DNA of 63,752 nt, counting the filler, from Lama guanicoe (Eukaryota): the NCBI GenBank assembly GCA_013239625.1. It is 208 parts of 208 records of this genome, joined end to end, with 100 filler letters (N's around TTAATTAATTAA, not from the genome) between each part and the next. Parts side by side here need not be neighbours in the genome. Positions count along the whole stretch, not along the records: positions 50,039 to 50,245 come from PNXV01034324.1; positions 50,346 to 50,552 come from PNXV01034325.1; positions 50,653 to 50,859 come from PNXV01034326.1; positions 50,960 to 51,166 come from PNXV01034327.1; positions 51,267 to 51,473 come from PNXV01034328.1; positions 51,574 to 51,780 come from PNXV01034329.1; positions 51,881 to 52,087 come from PNXV01034330.1; positions 52,188 to 52,394 come from PNXV01034331.1; 200 more parts are not named here. The stretch is one strand, 5' to 3'. Below the pieces are notes generated by a model. That model saw nothing but the letters and a program-made list of their open reading frames with translations, had not been told where the DNA came from and made no database searches. Position numbers and translations under genes: made by a program. Shown here in pieces: positions 50,040 to 63,009 of the stretch. Within the stretch, counting starts at the first letter, position 1; every line of letters starts with the position of its first letter.

Positions 50040-50243
50040 CCCCACTCCATGGGCGGCTTCGCCTTCTTCACTCCCTACCAGTATGTGGACTGTGCCCAGG
50101 AGCACTGCAAGCCAGAGGGGCGGGTCCACTTTGCCGGTGAGCACACGGCCCTGCCCCATGGCTGGATTGACACGGCCATCAAATCGGGGCTCAGGGCCGC
50201 ACAGAGCATCCAACAGGCTGTGGGCTTGGCTTTGACAAAGGGC
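50040..50243 (+). CDS. LAO1: C-terminal fragment of L-amino acid oxidase (Lao1-type flavin amine oxidase)
   Basis: Open frame [17 protein letters not shown]...[36 protein letters not shown]...[14 protein letters not shown] is the LAAO FAD-binding C-terminal motif. FTPYQ and WIDTAIKSG resemble Lao1 rather than IL4I1 (WVETAVKSA). Confidence 0.8.
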
Positions 50244-53200
50244 CGNNNNNNNNNNNNNNNNNNNNNNNNNNNNNNNNNNNNNNNNNNNNTTAATTAATTA
50301 ANNNNNNNNNNNNNNNNNNNNNNNNNNNNNNNNNNNNNNNNNNNNCTAGAACAAACAACAAATAAATGTACCATCATCTTGAAATGTGTGCCTACCAAAA
50401 AGTGATATTGTACTTGTAATTTTTTCTCTGTTATAAGCATTTTCATGTTTCTAATTATTGAATTTTTTATAAAATAAAAATACTTGGCTAACCAGGTTCC
50501 CTTTAATGACATTGTTGAATGGGCTGCTCAGTCTCACATTCCCTGTTGGTCTNNNNNNNNNNNNNNNNNNNNNNNNNNNNNNNNNNNNNNNNNNNNTTAA
50601 TTAATTAANNNNNNNNNNNNNNNNNNNNNNNNNNNNNNNNNNNNNNNNNNNNGATGGAGTAACACAAGAGTTCTCCTGTCATGAGCCAGTATGACTGGCT
50701 GTAATATATAAGCCAATAGTTTTTTAGGAATTAGGCAAAAGACTAGACAACTCTGTGATTCCTGCAGGGAAGTTAACTCACTAGGTTAGTCCCATAATCA
50801 CCCCAGTTTCCTACCCCATGAAAATATCCCGACTGTGGTACAGGGACCTTGGTCACAGGNNNNNNNNNNNNNNNNNNNNNNNNNNNNNNNNNNNNNNNNN
50901 NNNTTAATTAATTAANNNNNNNNNNNNNNNNNNNNNNNNNNNNNNNNNNNNNNNNNNNNAGAAACCAGTGGACCAGCGACACCAAAGTAAGGGTGAGCGG
51001 TACAGGTAGAAGGCTGCAGAGGCGTGTCTTTGTGGCAAAGCAAGAGGGTTTTTTTTTTTCACATGGCAAACTCATTAAGAAGCCAAGTATGTGAAGTTTA
51101 GGCAGAAAATCAGTCCACTTAATTTGAATTAACAGATGTATTGCTCATAGCAAGAGGGTGCTAGAANNNNNNNNNNNNNNNNNNNNNNNNNNNNNNNNNN
51201 NNNNNNNNNNTTAATTAATTAANNNNNNNNNNNNNNNNNNNNNNNNNNNNNNNNNNNNNNNNNNNNATATGTGGTATCTGGCTCTGCAATGACAGTGACC
51301 AGCAGCTGACCCAGCCTGGAAGTCTCAGAGCCCTGCCTGGCCAGAAACACTCCTGATTCTGTCCACTCGACCGTCTGCTGCCAGATCAGATGGGGAACTT
51401 GTTCAGCTCAGACACCCAGGAGGAAAAAGACATACCCAGAGAGCATGGGCTCCACCTCGGGCAGCAGGACCCTNNNNNNNNNNNNNNNNNNNNNNNNNNN
51501 NNNNNNNNNNNNNNNNNTTAATTAATTAANNNNNNNNNNNNNNNNNNNNNNNNNNNNNNNNNNNNNNNNNNNNGGAGCCTTGGCAGTGGTGGAGCTAAAG
51601 TGACGATCACATTCCCCTGAGCGTGTTTCATGCTGTGAGGTGTGTAATGTAGCTGCAGAAACAGTTCTCCTTTATACAGCTCAGCAGGGACACAGAGAGC
51701 CCAGACAGACTGTGCCTTCGACACTTCCCTCTGAAGTTTACCAGAGCGGGGACTGGAGAACTGCAGGGTGGGGAGGGCATNNNNNNNNNNNNNNNNNNNN
51801 NNNNNNNNNNNNNNNNNNNNNNNNTTAATTAATTAANNNNNNNNNNNNNNNNNNNNNNNNNNNNNNNNNNNNNNNNNNNNCCAAGTCAGAGAAGCAGCCC
51901 CAGGCCCTAACGCACCTTATCAGGGGAAAGGTTAGTAAGGAAGAAAGTGAAGAGTGAGGATTAAGTGTAAAATCCGTGGGCACCACACATTTTCAGTTTC
52001 AGATTTGGGGTTGCTCACAGGCAGGGGGCCTCTCCTCTGGGTTCTCCTCATTGCAGTCTCATTGAAGAAGAAATATCCTGAGGGGCANNNNNNNNNNNNN
52101 NNNNNNNNNNNNNNNNNNNNNNNNNNNNNNNTTAATTAATTAANNNNNNNNNNNNNNNNNNNNNNNNNNNNNNNNNNNNNNNNNNNNGTTTTTTAGAGTC
52201 TGTGTGTCTAATCTGGCCATTTGTCTTTTAGTAAAGGTTTAACTAATTTCCGTTGATTGTAACAGATACATCTGGATGGATTTTTATCTCCTGGTTTTAT
52301 GCTTTCTGGCTTTGTTTGTTTCTCTTTCTTTGTTTTCTGCCTCTCGCAAACGGAATCATTTTATTTTTTCCTTTTGAAAAATTCTGCATATTTTNNNNNN
52401 NNNNNNNNNNNNNNNNNNNNNNNNNNNNNNNNNNNNNNTTAATTAATTAANNNNNNNNNNNNNNNNNNNNNNNNNNNNNNNNNNNNNNNNNNNNAACCAA
52501 ACTAATATTTCTACACTAATACTTGAATTATTAATGCTCATAGTATTAGTCTTCAAATCAAGTTTCATTTGGTTCTTATATATTGATTGATTTATTTATT
52601 TTACTACTAATGAGAGCATTTGATAAAGGATGATTACTTATTCTGGCCTGGGCCTATGTCGAGTGGTGTATATGGTCAACCTTTCCTTTAACACACAGCA
52701 ANNNNNNNNNNNNNNNNNNNNNNNNNNNNNNNNNNNNNNNNNNNNTTAATTAATTAANNNNNNNNNNNNNNNNNNNNNNNNNNNNNNNNNNNNNNNNNNN
52801 NTCTGCCATCTCTTCTCTTTTAGACGTCAGGAATCTTGGACCCGTTCTTGAAGCAGAGAATTGAGTAACTTCCTCAAGTCCACATTGACACTCCATATGT
52901 TTCTTCCAGTATCACCGAAGTTCAATATGTCTCATGAATGACTTTAGAGCCTGGTATTGTCTAAAGAAGTCTGCAAGGCAGTATTCTCCTTTGTAGCAGA
53001 ACAACTCTNNNNNNNNNNNNNNNNNNNNNNNNNNNNNNNNNNNNNNNNNNNNTTAATTAATTAANNNNNNNNNNNNNNNNNNNNNNNNNNNNNNNNNNNN
53101 NNNNNNNNATCTTTTAACATTATTGTGTGTTTTTATAGTTTGTTGTAGTCTGTAGACGTTGGTTAATCATGCTGATTAATTTTCAACTGTTGACAAGTTT

Positions 53201-53415
53201 GCATTCCTGGGTGAAGCCACTAATGTGCTGTTGTTTTATGTATTGTTGGACTTGATTTGATAATGTTTTGTTAAAGGTTTTGAGCCGTCATTCATAAGGG
53301 ATATTGGTCTGTAGTNNNNNNNNNNNNNNNNNNNNNNNNNNNNNNNNNNNNNNNNNNNNTTAATTAATTAANNNNNNNNNNNNNNNNNNNNNNNNNNNNN
53401 NNNNNNNNNNNNNNN

Positions 53416-53610
53416 CCTCCTACACTGCTGGTGGGAATGTAAATTGGTGCAACCATTGGAAAATCCTATAGAAAACAATATGGAGATTCTTTAAAAATCT
53501 AAAAGTAGACTTACCATATGATCTAGCAATCCCACTCCTGGGTGTATATCTGGAGAAAATTGCAATTTGAAAAGATACATGCACCCCATTGTTTATAACA
53601 GCACTATGTT
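53416..53610 (+). mobile_element. L1 ORF2 3' relic
   Basis: cctcctacactgctggtgggaatgtaaattggtgca...ttaccatatgatctagcaatcccactcctggg...aaaagatacatgcacccc. Confidence 0.9.
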
Positions 53611-54044
53611 ATAGCCTATATTNNNNNNNNNNNNNNNNNNNNNNNNNNNNNNNNNNNNNNNNNNNNTTAATTAATTAANNNNNNNNNNNNNNNNNNNNNN
53701 NNNNNNNNNNNNNNNNNNNNNNGGGAGGGGGCATGATCTGCTAGCTGACAGCCACTGGGAGCAGCACAGACAAGGGCGCCAACGGAGGGCTTCTGCAAAC
53801 AGCAAGCTGAGTACATGAAACAGGGTGAAGACACAAAGAACTCTCTATAAAATCATTAAGAGCACATGTCTCCAGGAGAACTAGATAACTGATACTCCTT
53901 AAGCCACAGCGCCAGAGAGATATGAGCAANNNNNNNNNNNNNNNNNNNNNNNNNNNNNNNNNNNNNNNNNNNNTTAATTAATTAANNNNNNNNNNNNNNN
54001 NNNNNNNNNNNNNNNNNNNNNNNNNNNNNCCTATGTCTTTCTTT

Positions 54045-54225
54045 TTTAAAAAAATTGAACCATAATCGATTTACAATGTCATGTTAATTTCTGATGTACA
54101 GCATAGTGATTCAGTTTTATATATATATATTCATATATATATATATGTAATACATATATATATTCCTTTTCACATTCTTTTTCATTATAGATCATTGCAG
54201 GGTACTGAATATTGTTACCTGTATA
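54045..54225 (-). mobile_element. L1 3' terminus with internal (TA)n
   Basis: gatttacaatg...ttaatttctgatgtacagcatagtgattcagtt...attccttttcacattctttttcattatag. Confidence 0.75.
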
Positions 54226-55257
54226 GTTCCCTTCTANNNNNNNNNNNNNNNNNNNNNNNNNNNNNNNNNNNNNNNNNNNNTTAATTAATTAANNNNNNNN
54301 NNNNNNNNNNNNNNNNNNNNNNNNNNNNNNNNNNNNCGCAATTTGTGAGCAGAGGGAAAAACAATCTCTATCTATCTACACACATATATATATGCATACC
54401 AGAATCTAGCAGAAAAAATAATGCTAAATAATTTTAGTGAGTAAGTAAATAAATATTTTTAATGAATGATTAAGTGAATAAATAAATGATTAAGGATTAA
54501 AAGTATTAAAGAAACATCATGCATCGTAGCTATAGAGCTGGATNNNNNNNNNNNNNNNNNNNNNNNNNNNNNNNNNNNNNNNNNNNNTTAATTAATTAAN
54601 NNNNNNNNNNNNNNNNNNNNNNNNNNNNNNNNNNNNNNNNNNNAGCTCAAAGGCCAGTTGGCCATGGTTGGGGATGCTGTGGAAGCTGCCCACATCCCAC
54701 TTTGGGACTGAAACTCACCCCCCTGCCCAGCTTCTGGGAGGGCTGACTGCTGTCGGCTCTCACTTGGGGCCCTCCCTGGGAATTACAGAAGGCTGCCTCC
54801 TGCAAGCTGATGCCCCCTCTCTAGGGACAACCAGTAATAACAATTCTTCCNNNNNNNNNNNNNNNNNNNNNNNNNNNNNNNNNNNNNNNNNNNNTTAATT
54901 AATTAANNNNNNNNNNNNNNNNNNNNNNNNNNNNNNNNNNNNNNNNNNNNGTAAATGGTAAGAAATCGCACAGGTAGAACATGAGATTAGAATTTGAAAT
55001 TGTGCAGCGGATTAAAGTTATCACAAAATTTTTTTGCTACATTTAGCTCCCTTTTTCAAAGTTACGGGTTGTCAGAAATAACTAAATGATGTATCAGGAA
55101 CCAATATCTAGAGGCCGGAAACAGGTAATACATTCGCATGCATTTAACACAGAGTGGNNNNNNNNNNNNNNNNNNNNNNNNNNNNNNNNNNNNNNNNNNN
55201 NTTAATTAATTAANNNNNNNNNNNNNNNNNNNNNNNNNNNNNNNNNNNNNNNNNNNN

Positions 55258-55464
55258 TGTGTTCTACATATTATATTCTAAATTCTATATTCAGCATTCC
55301 GTATTCCATATTCTAAATTCACTGTTCTGAATTCCATGTTCTAAATTCTGCTTTCTATATCGAATTTTCTATATTCTATATCCTGTGTTCCACATTCTAT
55401 AGTCTCAATCCTATTTTCAGCGTTCTGTATTCTATATTCTAAATTATGTGTTCTGCATTCCATA
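55258..55464 (-). repeat. Satellite family B, reverse orientation
   Basis: tattcta/aattcta/tgttcta units. Confidence 0.9.
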
Positions 55465-55871
55465 NNNNNNNNNNNNNNNNNNNNNNNNNNNNNNNNNNNN
55501 NNNNNNNNTTAATTAATTAANNNNNNNNNNNNNNNNNNNNNNNNNNNNNNNNNNNNNNNNNNNNTGGGAAGAACTGACATCTTTCATCAAAGCTACCACA
55601 GTTTTTGTTTAGACACCTAAGCAGTTACGAGCGTTCTTTACCAAATATTTTTAGATTCCTCTGGAAATATATTTACAAGATAATTCCTTAATTATTCACT
55701 TCCATGTTCCATGTCCCTAGACAGTACAAGCATAGATGATGACGATGAAGTGGGATAGCTCTGAATTCAAANNNNNNNNNNNNNNNNNNNNNNNNNNNNN
55801 NNNNNNNNNNNNNNNTTAATTAATTAANNNNNNNNNNNNNNNNNNNNNNNNNNNNNNNNNNNNNNNNNNNN

Positions 55872-56078
55872 TGTGTGAGTCTGACTATGCCAATTGCTGC
55901 TTTGACTCCAATTGCCATTATGCTACCCATACCCTGCCTTGGGCCACTGAGTGCTACCATTTGCCTCTATCACTCTGGGATCCAGTTACACCCGCTGGAT
56001 TGTGGTTTCCCAGTTCAGTGGCAGAAGTCCCCATTGTTTTCTATCCCACAGAGAAAAGTGGTCAGAGAGCTCTACAAG
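55872..56078 (-). mobile_element. gag: Decayed ERV-L gag fragment
   Basis: Minus strand gccactgaactgggaaac...ggatcccagagtgatagaggcaaatggtagcactca resembles ERV-L TELG.L...IG...GRGQVAAL..QRQG. Confidence 0.65.
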
Positions 56079-57099
56079 NNNNNNNNNNNNNNNNNNNNNN
56101 NNNNNNNNNNNNNNNNNNNNNNTTAATTAATTAANNNNNNNNNNNNNNNNNNNNNNNNNNNNNNNNNNNNNNNNNNNNCGTCTATTGTTCCCTCGTTTAG
56201 GGCTGACTGTGGAGCTGAACTTACACAGCTTTAAGGAGCTGCCGCAAAGGTCACACCCCTGTTTTGATTAATACCCCAGTATACACGTATAAATTATAGC
56301 AACGAGAGAAAGTGAATCCACTTTCGTTTCAAGCCTTTAACTCACAGAATGAAATCAAAAAGATAATTGATAAATGTTACCCTAANNNNNNNNNNNNNNN
56401 NNNNNNNNNNNNNNNNNNNNNNNNNNNNNTTAATTAATTAANNNNNNNNNNNNNNNNNNNNNNNNNNNNNNNNNNNNNNNNNNNNCTCTTCCAGGATTTT
56501 CCACTGTAAATTTACTCTTACCCTCTTCCCATACTCTGTTAGAAGTGAGTCGTTAAGTCTAGCCCACACTTACGAGATTGGCAATTACACTCCAAAACCT
56601 GGAGGAGGAAATATAATGAGAATGTGGGCTTGTGTTAAAACCGCCATAGTCATCAACAACTATTCTGTGGGAGATGTTTAGAGGCTGTGTAANNNNNNNN
56701 NNNNNNNNNNNNNNNNNNNNNNNNNNNNNNNNNNNNTTAATTAATTAANNNNNNNNNNNNNNNNNNNNNNNNNNNNNNNNNNNNNNNNNNNNCTTTGTAA
56801 GGTCCCTCCTGCAAAACATCAACTTGATTGGATAATGATCATTCATCCATGTATTTTTCTAATAAACATCCCTTACACAACTGCATGCAATTTTTTTTTC
56901 AGAAATCAAGGAGGATTTTACCTGGGAAAGAAATCTCTTCCAGATATACTTTTGAAATTATGTTCTAGTATTACGATATAAAACTACAAAACAGTCATGN
57001 NNNNNNNNNNNNNNNNNNNNNNNNNNNNNNNNNNNNNNNNNNNTTAATTAATTAANNNNNNNNNNNNNNNNNNNNNNNNNNNNNNNNNNNNNNNNNNNN

Positions 57100-57306
57100 G
57101 GCTGTGGGCCTCGGCTGAGGAAACCCTGCACAGAGGAAGCCGCCCGGCTCGGGTGGGGGAAAGGCGGGGCGCGGGGCCGGAGGCGGCGCTTAGTCACACG
57201 CTCCAGGAACCGCCGCCACCGCGGTGCCTGGAGGGCTTTGGAAACGAGGGAACACGTAGCAACTGGTGGACGGAGGAGGCCCTCATGCTCCTCGCCCTGG
57301 GGGGAC
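57100..57306. promoter_or_regulatory. CpG-island-like fragment
   Basis: GC/CpG-rich with GGCGGGGCGCGGGGC GC boxes. Confidence 0.5.
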
Positions 57307-58327
57307 NNNNNNNNNNNNNNNNNNNNNNNNNNNNNNNNNNNNNNNNNNNNTTAATTAATTAANNNNNNNNNNNNNNNNNNNNNNNNNNNNNNNNNNNNNN
57401 NNNNNNATATTCCAGGGCCAAAACCGACTCTAGCCTAGCTAGGCCTGAGCAGGTCTTTTAAGGCATGACAAACTGTGCCCACCATATTCTCTGCCTGTCC
57501 TGAGCAGGCACAGACCCCAGGAGCCACCAGAACAAAAGATGCAGATACACGACACGTGTGGAAAAAGCACCTGGCGAGCTGCTTCTTGACACTTCTGAAT
57601 GGAAATCTCATCANNNNNNNNNNNNNNNNNNNNNNNNNNNNNNNNNNNNNNNNNNNNTTAATTAATTAANNNNNNNNNNNNNNNNNNNNNNNNNNNNNNN
57701 NNNNNNNNNNNNNGGGGATTTCCGGTGAAGGGTACAGAAGGGGCTTCTCCGGGGCCTGACAGCCTGCTCAGAACCCCCCTCAGTCTACCGTATCACCACC
57801 TTTCTCTCACCTTTGGGTCTCCACCAGCAGCGATGTGAAAGCCAGACACTGAGTTTGAATTTGGGGTGCTGTGTTTTAGAATCTTCACAGATAAATGCCT
57901 AATAAATGTAACCATGATTANNNNNNNNNNNNNNNNNNNNNNNNNNNNNNNNNNNNNNNNNNNNTTAATTAATTAANNNNNNNNNNNNNNNNNNNNNNNN
58001 NNNNNNNNNNNNNNNNNNNNCTTATACTTTTTGAGGATCTAGGCTATTTATTGGGCTCTTTGCTCCCAGGGGAGCCCCACAGGCAGGGGTGGAGTCAGGC
58101 CACATTGTGGGGCTCACTGGTAAGATACACAGAGTGTGAGACACAGTGAGACCTGGGGGCCAGGATGGGAGGAGAGGCTTTATGGGAGGGACCAGCCCCT
58201 ACAATCCAGGGCTGGTCTTTCCCCCAGNNNNNNNNNNNNNNNNNNNNNNNNNNNNNNNNNNNNNNNNNNNNTTAATTAATTAANNNNNNNNNNNNNNNNN
58301 NNNNNNNNNNNNNNNNNNNNNNNNNNN

Positions 58328-58534
58328 CCTTTCTTATTTTGTTTATTTGTGCTCTCTCTTTTCTCTTCTTCGTGAGTTTGGCCAGAGGTTTGTCAATTTT
58401 GTTTACTCTTTCGAAAGACCAGCTCTTGGTTTGGTTGATTTTTTTCTATGTTTTTTTTAAATTTCTATTTTATGTATTTCCTCCTTGATCTTTATTATTT
58501 CCTTCCTTCTGCTGACTTTTGGGTTTTTTTTTTT
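58328..58534 (-). mobile_element. L1 ORF2 relic
   Basis: ttggccagaggtttgtcaattttgtttactctttc.aa.accagctcttggtttggttgatttttt (antisense of [19 protein letters not shown]). Confidence 0.85.
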
Positions 58535-60169
58535 NNNNNNNNNNNNNNNNNNNNNNNNNNNNNNNNNNNNNNNNNNNNTTAATTAATTAANNNNNNNNNN
58601 NNNNNNNNNNNNNNNNNNNNNNNNNNNNNNNNNNGTACACCTGAAACATATAATATTGTAAACCAACTCTACCTTAATAAAATTTTTTTTAAAAAAGAAC
58701 CCTTAACTATTAGAGGACAATTAATCGTGAATATCAGTAACTGAGTCTTCAAACCCAGTGGAAATAGATAAATCCACAGGGCAGTATTCAGTTACGTATA
58801 CAAATAATCACATGATCCCGTTCATGTTAATTTTCCATTGGNNNNNNNNNNNNNNNNNNNNNNNNNNNNNNNNNNNNNNNNNNNNTTAATTAATTAANNN
58901 NNNNNNNNNNNNNNNNNNNNNNNNNNNNNNNNNNNNNNNNNAGATAAATGAAAGAAGGATGGATGAATGGATGATGGATGATGGGTGGAACAAACAAAGG
59001 ATTGATGACAGATGGATTAATAGACTAATGGAAAAATGGATGGAAGACAACTTTTCAGACAAGGCTCCTTTTAGTTATAGGGCAGGTCACCATTGACCTG
59101 TAGGCCATACTGCAGTTCTGGGCTGCCTGCCACATTGGCTACCACACANNNNNNNNNNNNNNNNNNNNNNNNNNNNNNNNNNNNNNNNNNNNTTAATTAA
59201 TTAANNNNNNNNNNNNNNNNNNNNNNNNNNNNNNNNNNNNNNNNNNNNGTTCCCATTACATTTCTCATCTTCTGCTGAAGGAAAGAAGAAAGCAGACAGA
59301 GAACTAGCATTTACTGAGTATTCAGTGTGTGGTTTCACATACATTTTCCCCCTTAACTGTCACCTGCACACTTACACACTCAAAATGAGCATGAGTATCA
59401 GCATGTCATTGAGCTCATCTTCCAAGTTAGGACACTGAGTCATAGAGCTGGCAAGNNNNNNNNNNNNNNNNNNNNNNNNNNNNNNNNNNNNNNNNNNNNT
59501 TAATTAATTAANNNNNNNNNNNNNNNNNNNNNNNNNNNNNNNNNNNNNNNNNNNNTTAATGCTACAAGGAAAACAACCTCCCACTGACCTCAGAAATCAG
59601 AGAACACTGGGCTTGGCTGCCAAGGTACAGCCTCTAAGGGAAGGCAGATGATGTTTCTTCTCCATCTATTGCAGGACACCTCGTCCTTATCTCGTACGCT
59701 GAGAATTCAAGGCATTTTCTGGTTATTAAGAATAATTCCGAAGGAACTCGATCTGTGAGAAANNNNNNNNNNNNNNNNNNNNNNNNNNNNNNNNNNNNNN
59801 NNNNNNTTAATTAATTAANNNNNNNNNNNNNNNNNNNNNNNNNNNNNNNNNNNNNNNNNNNNTTAATTCATAATTTTATGTACTTTATAAAATTTATAAG
59901 ATGATAACTAAAAAATAATTAACTTTAATGCTACGTTTTTATTTTCTTTTTTCTCTTAAATAATATATAGTGCCTATTTGATCACATATTCAAAAAAAGA
60001 GTTATTCAAATTCTTAGCTATAGGCTTTATAATAAGAATTGCATATGTTTATATTTATGCATTGAAAAANNNNNNNNNNNNNNNNNNNNNNNNNNNNNNN
60101 NNNNNNNNNNNNNTTAATTAATTAANNNNNNNNNNNNNNNNNNNNNNNNNNNNNNNNNNNNNNNNNNNN

Positions 60170-60376
60170 GACACTTAAATGCTGATTTTGACAAACTGCT
60201 AGAGTCTGAGGATGGAATGGCATAAAAGTGAGAAGTTCCTAAGACTAGCGTATAGTCTTAGGAGCCCCACACTTTTAGGGGTTTTACCTCCAGGACCCCA
60301 CCAGATTCTTCGAGTGGAGAGCCTTCCATGGCCCTGGCAGGGAAAGGGTTAGGCTAATCATTGATAAATATGCACA
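60170..60376 (+). repeat. Near-identical contig pair 4, copy A (partner 61090..61296)
   Basis: 5 substitutions, 49-bp identical flanks. The sequence resembles an old L1M 5' region. Confidence 0.95.
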
Positions 60377-61089
60377 NNNNNNNNNNNNNNNNNNNNNNNN
60401 NNNNNNNNNNNNNNNNNNNNTTAATTAATTAANNNNNNNNNNNNNNNNNNNNNNNNNNNNNNNNNNNNNNNNNNNNTTTAGCCATAGGTGGCGCTGTTGC
60501 ACCTTCTTACAGTCTTAATTTTCCTTTTTGTAAAAGAAGGCTTAAACAACGTTGTTTTATTTTGATTTCTTTGCTTAATGCTTTAGAATAGCACAATGAC
60601 CATTATGTCTGTCTACCTGGAAAAATTATTCTGTTTATATCTTAGTTTTATTCTGTCATCTCGCTGTGAACATTTCAGACTTGNNNNNNNNNNNNNNNNN
60701 NNNNNNNNNNNNNNNNNNNNNNNNNNNTTAATTAATTAANNNNNNNNNNNNNNNNNNNNNNNNNNNNNNNNNNNNNNNNNNNNCTGCGTGGAGTTGTCTC
60801 TCGAGCTCCCCCACGCACTGAGAATTGTTCCGAAATTGTGAGCGCGGGGAGGTTCCACCAACGGTCGGCAGCGCGTGGGTTCAAACTGAATTCCTAAGCT
60901 CGTCTCCCCTGAGCATTTTCCTAATGTCTCAGTGCCAGGGAATGTTAGGGGGTTTTGCAGGATATCCCAGTGACAGAGGCTTCCTCCCCNNNNNNNNNNN
61001 NNNNNNNNNNNNNNNNNNNNNNNNNNNNNNNNNTTAATTAATTAANNNNNNNNNNNNNNNNNNNNNNNNNNNNNNNNNNNNNNNNNNNN

Positions 61090-61296
61090 GACACTTAAAT
61101 GCTGATTTTGACAAACTGCTAGAGTCTGAGGATGGAATAGCATAAAAGTGAGAAATTCCTAAGACTAGCATATAGTCTTAGGAGCCCCACACTTTTAGTG
61201 GTTTTACCTCCAGGACCCCACCAGATTCTTCGAGTGGAGAGCCTTCAATGGCCCTGGCAGGGAAAGGGTTAGGCTAATCATTGATAAATATGCACA
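61090..61296 (+). repeat. Near-identical contig pair 4, copy B
   Basis: Same ends as 60170..60376. Confidence 0.95.
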
Positions 61297-61744
61297 NNNN
61301 NNNNNNNNNNNNNNNNNNNNNNNNNNNNNNNNNNNNNNNNTTAATTAATTAANNNNNNNNNNNNNNNNNNNNNNNNNNNNNNNNNNNNNNNNNNNNAATT
61401 ATTTCACATGCTTATAGATTAAGTTGATGTTGAGAAAAAGCATATTATAAATAGCATTTATTAACATTTATCATGTAGTTATTTTGCCATGCATCAAAAC
61501 CAGCATTTAATTGCAATAAACCCACTAATTACTATAAATATAATATAAAACTTCCTTTTAAGTAATACAAGTCATCAACATAGTATTCAAAGCTCTATTT
61601 TTTNNNNNNNNNNNNNNNNNNNNNNNNNNNNNNNNNNNNNNNNNNNNTTAATTAATTAANNNNNNNNNNNNNNNNNNNNNNNNNNNNNNNNNNNNNNNNN
61701 NNNAGCTTTAACAAAAAACTTCCCTTGGACTTCTCATCTTTGAA

Positions 61745-61910
61745 ATGGGCGGCGCCTCCGTGTCTGCAGCGCGGCCCCTCGGGCGCAGGGCAGCGTCCGG
61801 GGAGCAGCTCCGCCTGGCCTCCGGCCTCCACCCGCGTGCACCCCGCACCCCCGTGTGTGAGGAGCGCGGCTGCGCTGTGTGCGGGAAGGCAGTTGTGCCG
61901 AAGCTTGGCC
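61745..61910. promoter_or_regulatory. CpG-island-like fragment
   Basis: GC/CpG-rich. Confidence 0.45.
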
Positions 61911-62931
61911 NNNNNNNNNNNNNNNNNNNNNNNNNNNNNNNNNNNNNNNNNNNNTTAATTAATTAANNNNNNNNNNNNNNNNNNNNNNNNNNNNNNNNNN
62001 NNNNNNNNNNATACACACACAGCAGCGTTCTCCTGGGGGGCCCTGGAGGTGGCTGGAGCGTCCATGCAAGTGGAATTTGCTTCTCTGCGGTCCCAAATAA
62101 CCAGCGCCAAAGAGAACTGGCCCAAATTTACACCCCCCAATATGAAACACAATAAGGGTTCCTAAAACCCATCAACTCTACCCACATCCGATTCCCTCTT
62201 TAGAGTTACAAAGACCCNNNNNNNNNNNNNNNNNNNNNNNNNNNNNNNNNNNNNNNNNNNNTTAATTAATTAANNNNNNNNNNNNNNNNNNNNNNNNNNN
62301 NNNNNNNNNNNNNNNNNGTGCTTAGAGTTGGAAAGGCATTGAGTGCCACCCTGAGGACGTAAACTTAACTTTGGCTGGAACATAAAGCAACATAAATTAT
62401 TGACTGGAAAATATAGTGTAGAATCTTCAGGGCAGGAAATGAAAGCACCAATTGTAATGCTTTTAGAACAGCATGAAAAAGACCATAGATAAAATTACTT
62501 CTTAAATTCTACCACATGCTGAATNNNNNNNNNNNNNNNNNNNNNNNNNNNNNNNNNNNNNNNNNNNNTTAATTAATTAANNNNNNNNNNNNNNNNNNNN
62601 NNNNNNNNNNNNNNNNNNNNNNNNAGGGATGACCCTGCTCCCATCCCAACTTCTCACTTTCCACATGGTTCCCAGGGCTGTCATCCTAACCCCTTAGAGG
62701 TGAGGGCAGAGTTGAGGGCTGTGTGTCTTCACAGCCTTCTTTTCAGATACTGCTTCATACCCACATTTTAACTCCTTCTGTACCTTCTAAATGACCCAGG
62801 GCAGCACCAGCTTCCATACTGTAATCTTGGCNNNNNNNNNNNNNNNNNNNNNNNNNNNNNNNNNNNNNNNNNNNNTTAATTAATTAANNNNNNNNNNNNN
62901 NNNNNNNNNNNNNNNNNNNNNNNNNNNNNNN

Positions 62932-63009
62932 ATTCCTTGCCCTAACACCTCGTCTCCTGATTCACTGGCCTGTCATGTGGCGAGCAGAGTGAGCCTGGAC
63001 TTGGTAACA
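62932..63009 (+). mobile_element. ERV1-type LTR 3' end (MER34-like), ending ...GGTAACA
   Basis: ttccttgccctaacacctcgtctc...tggcctgtcatgtggcgagcagagtgagcctggacttggtaaCA; homologous to the LTR at 20260..20419. Confidence 0.7.

Noticed and set aside
55721..55758. Possible terminal exon (DSTSIDDDDEVG*) after ccctag
   Set aside because: Too short and not recognised; could arise by chance.
60481..60498. CTCF-like motif gccataggtggcgctgtt
   Set aside because: Imperfect match to a short motif; not supportable without binding or conservation data.
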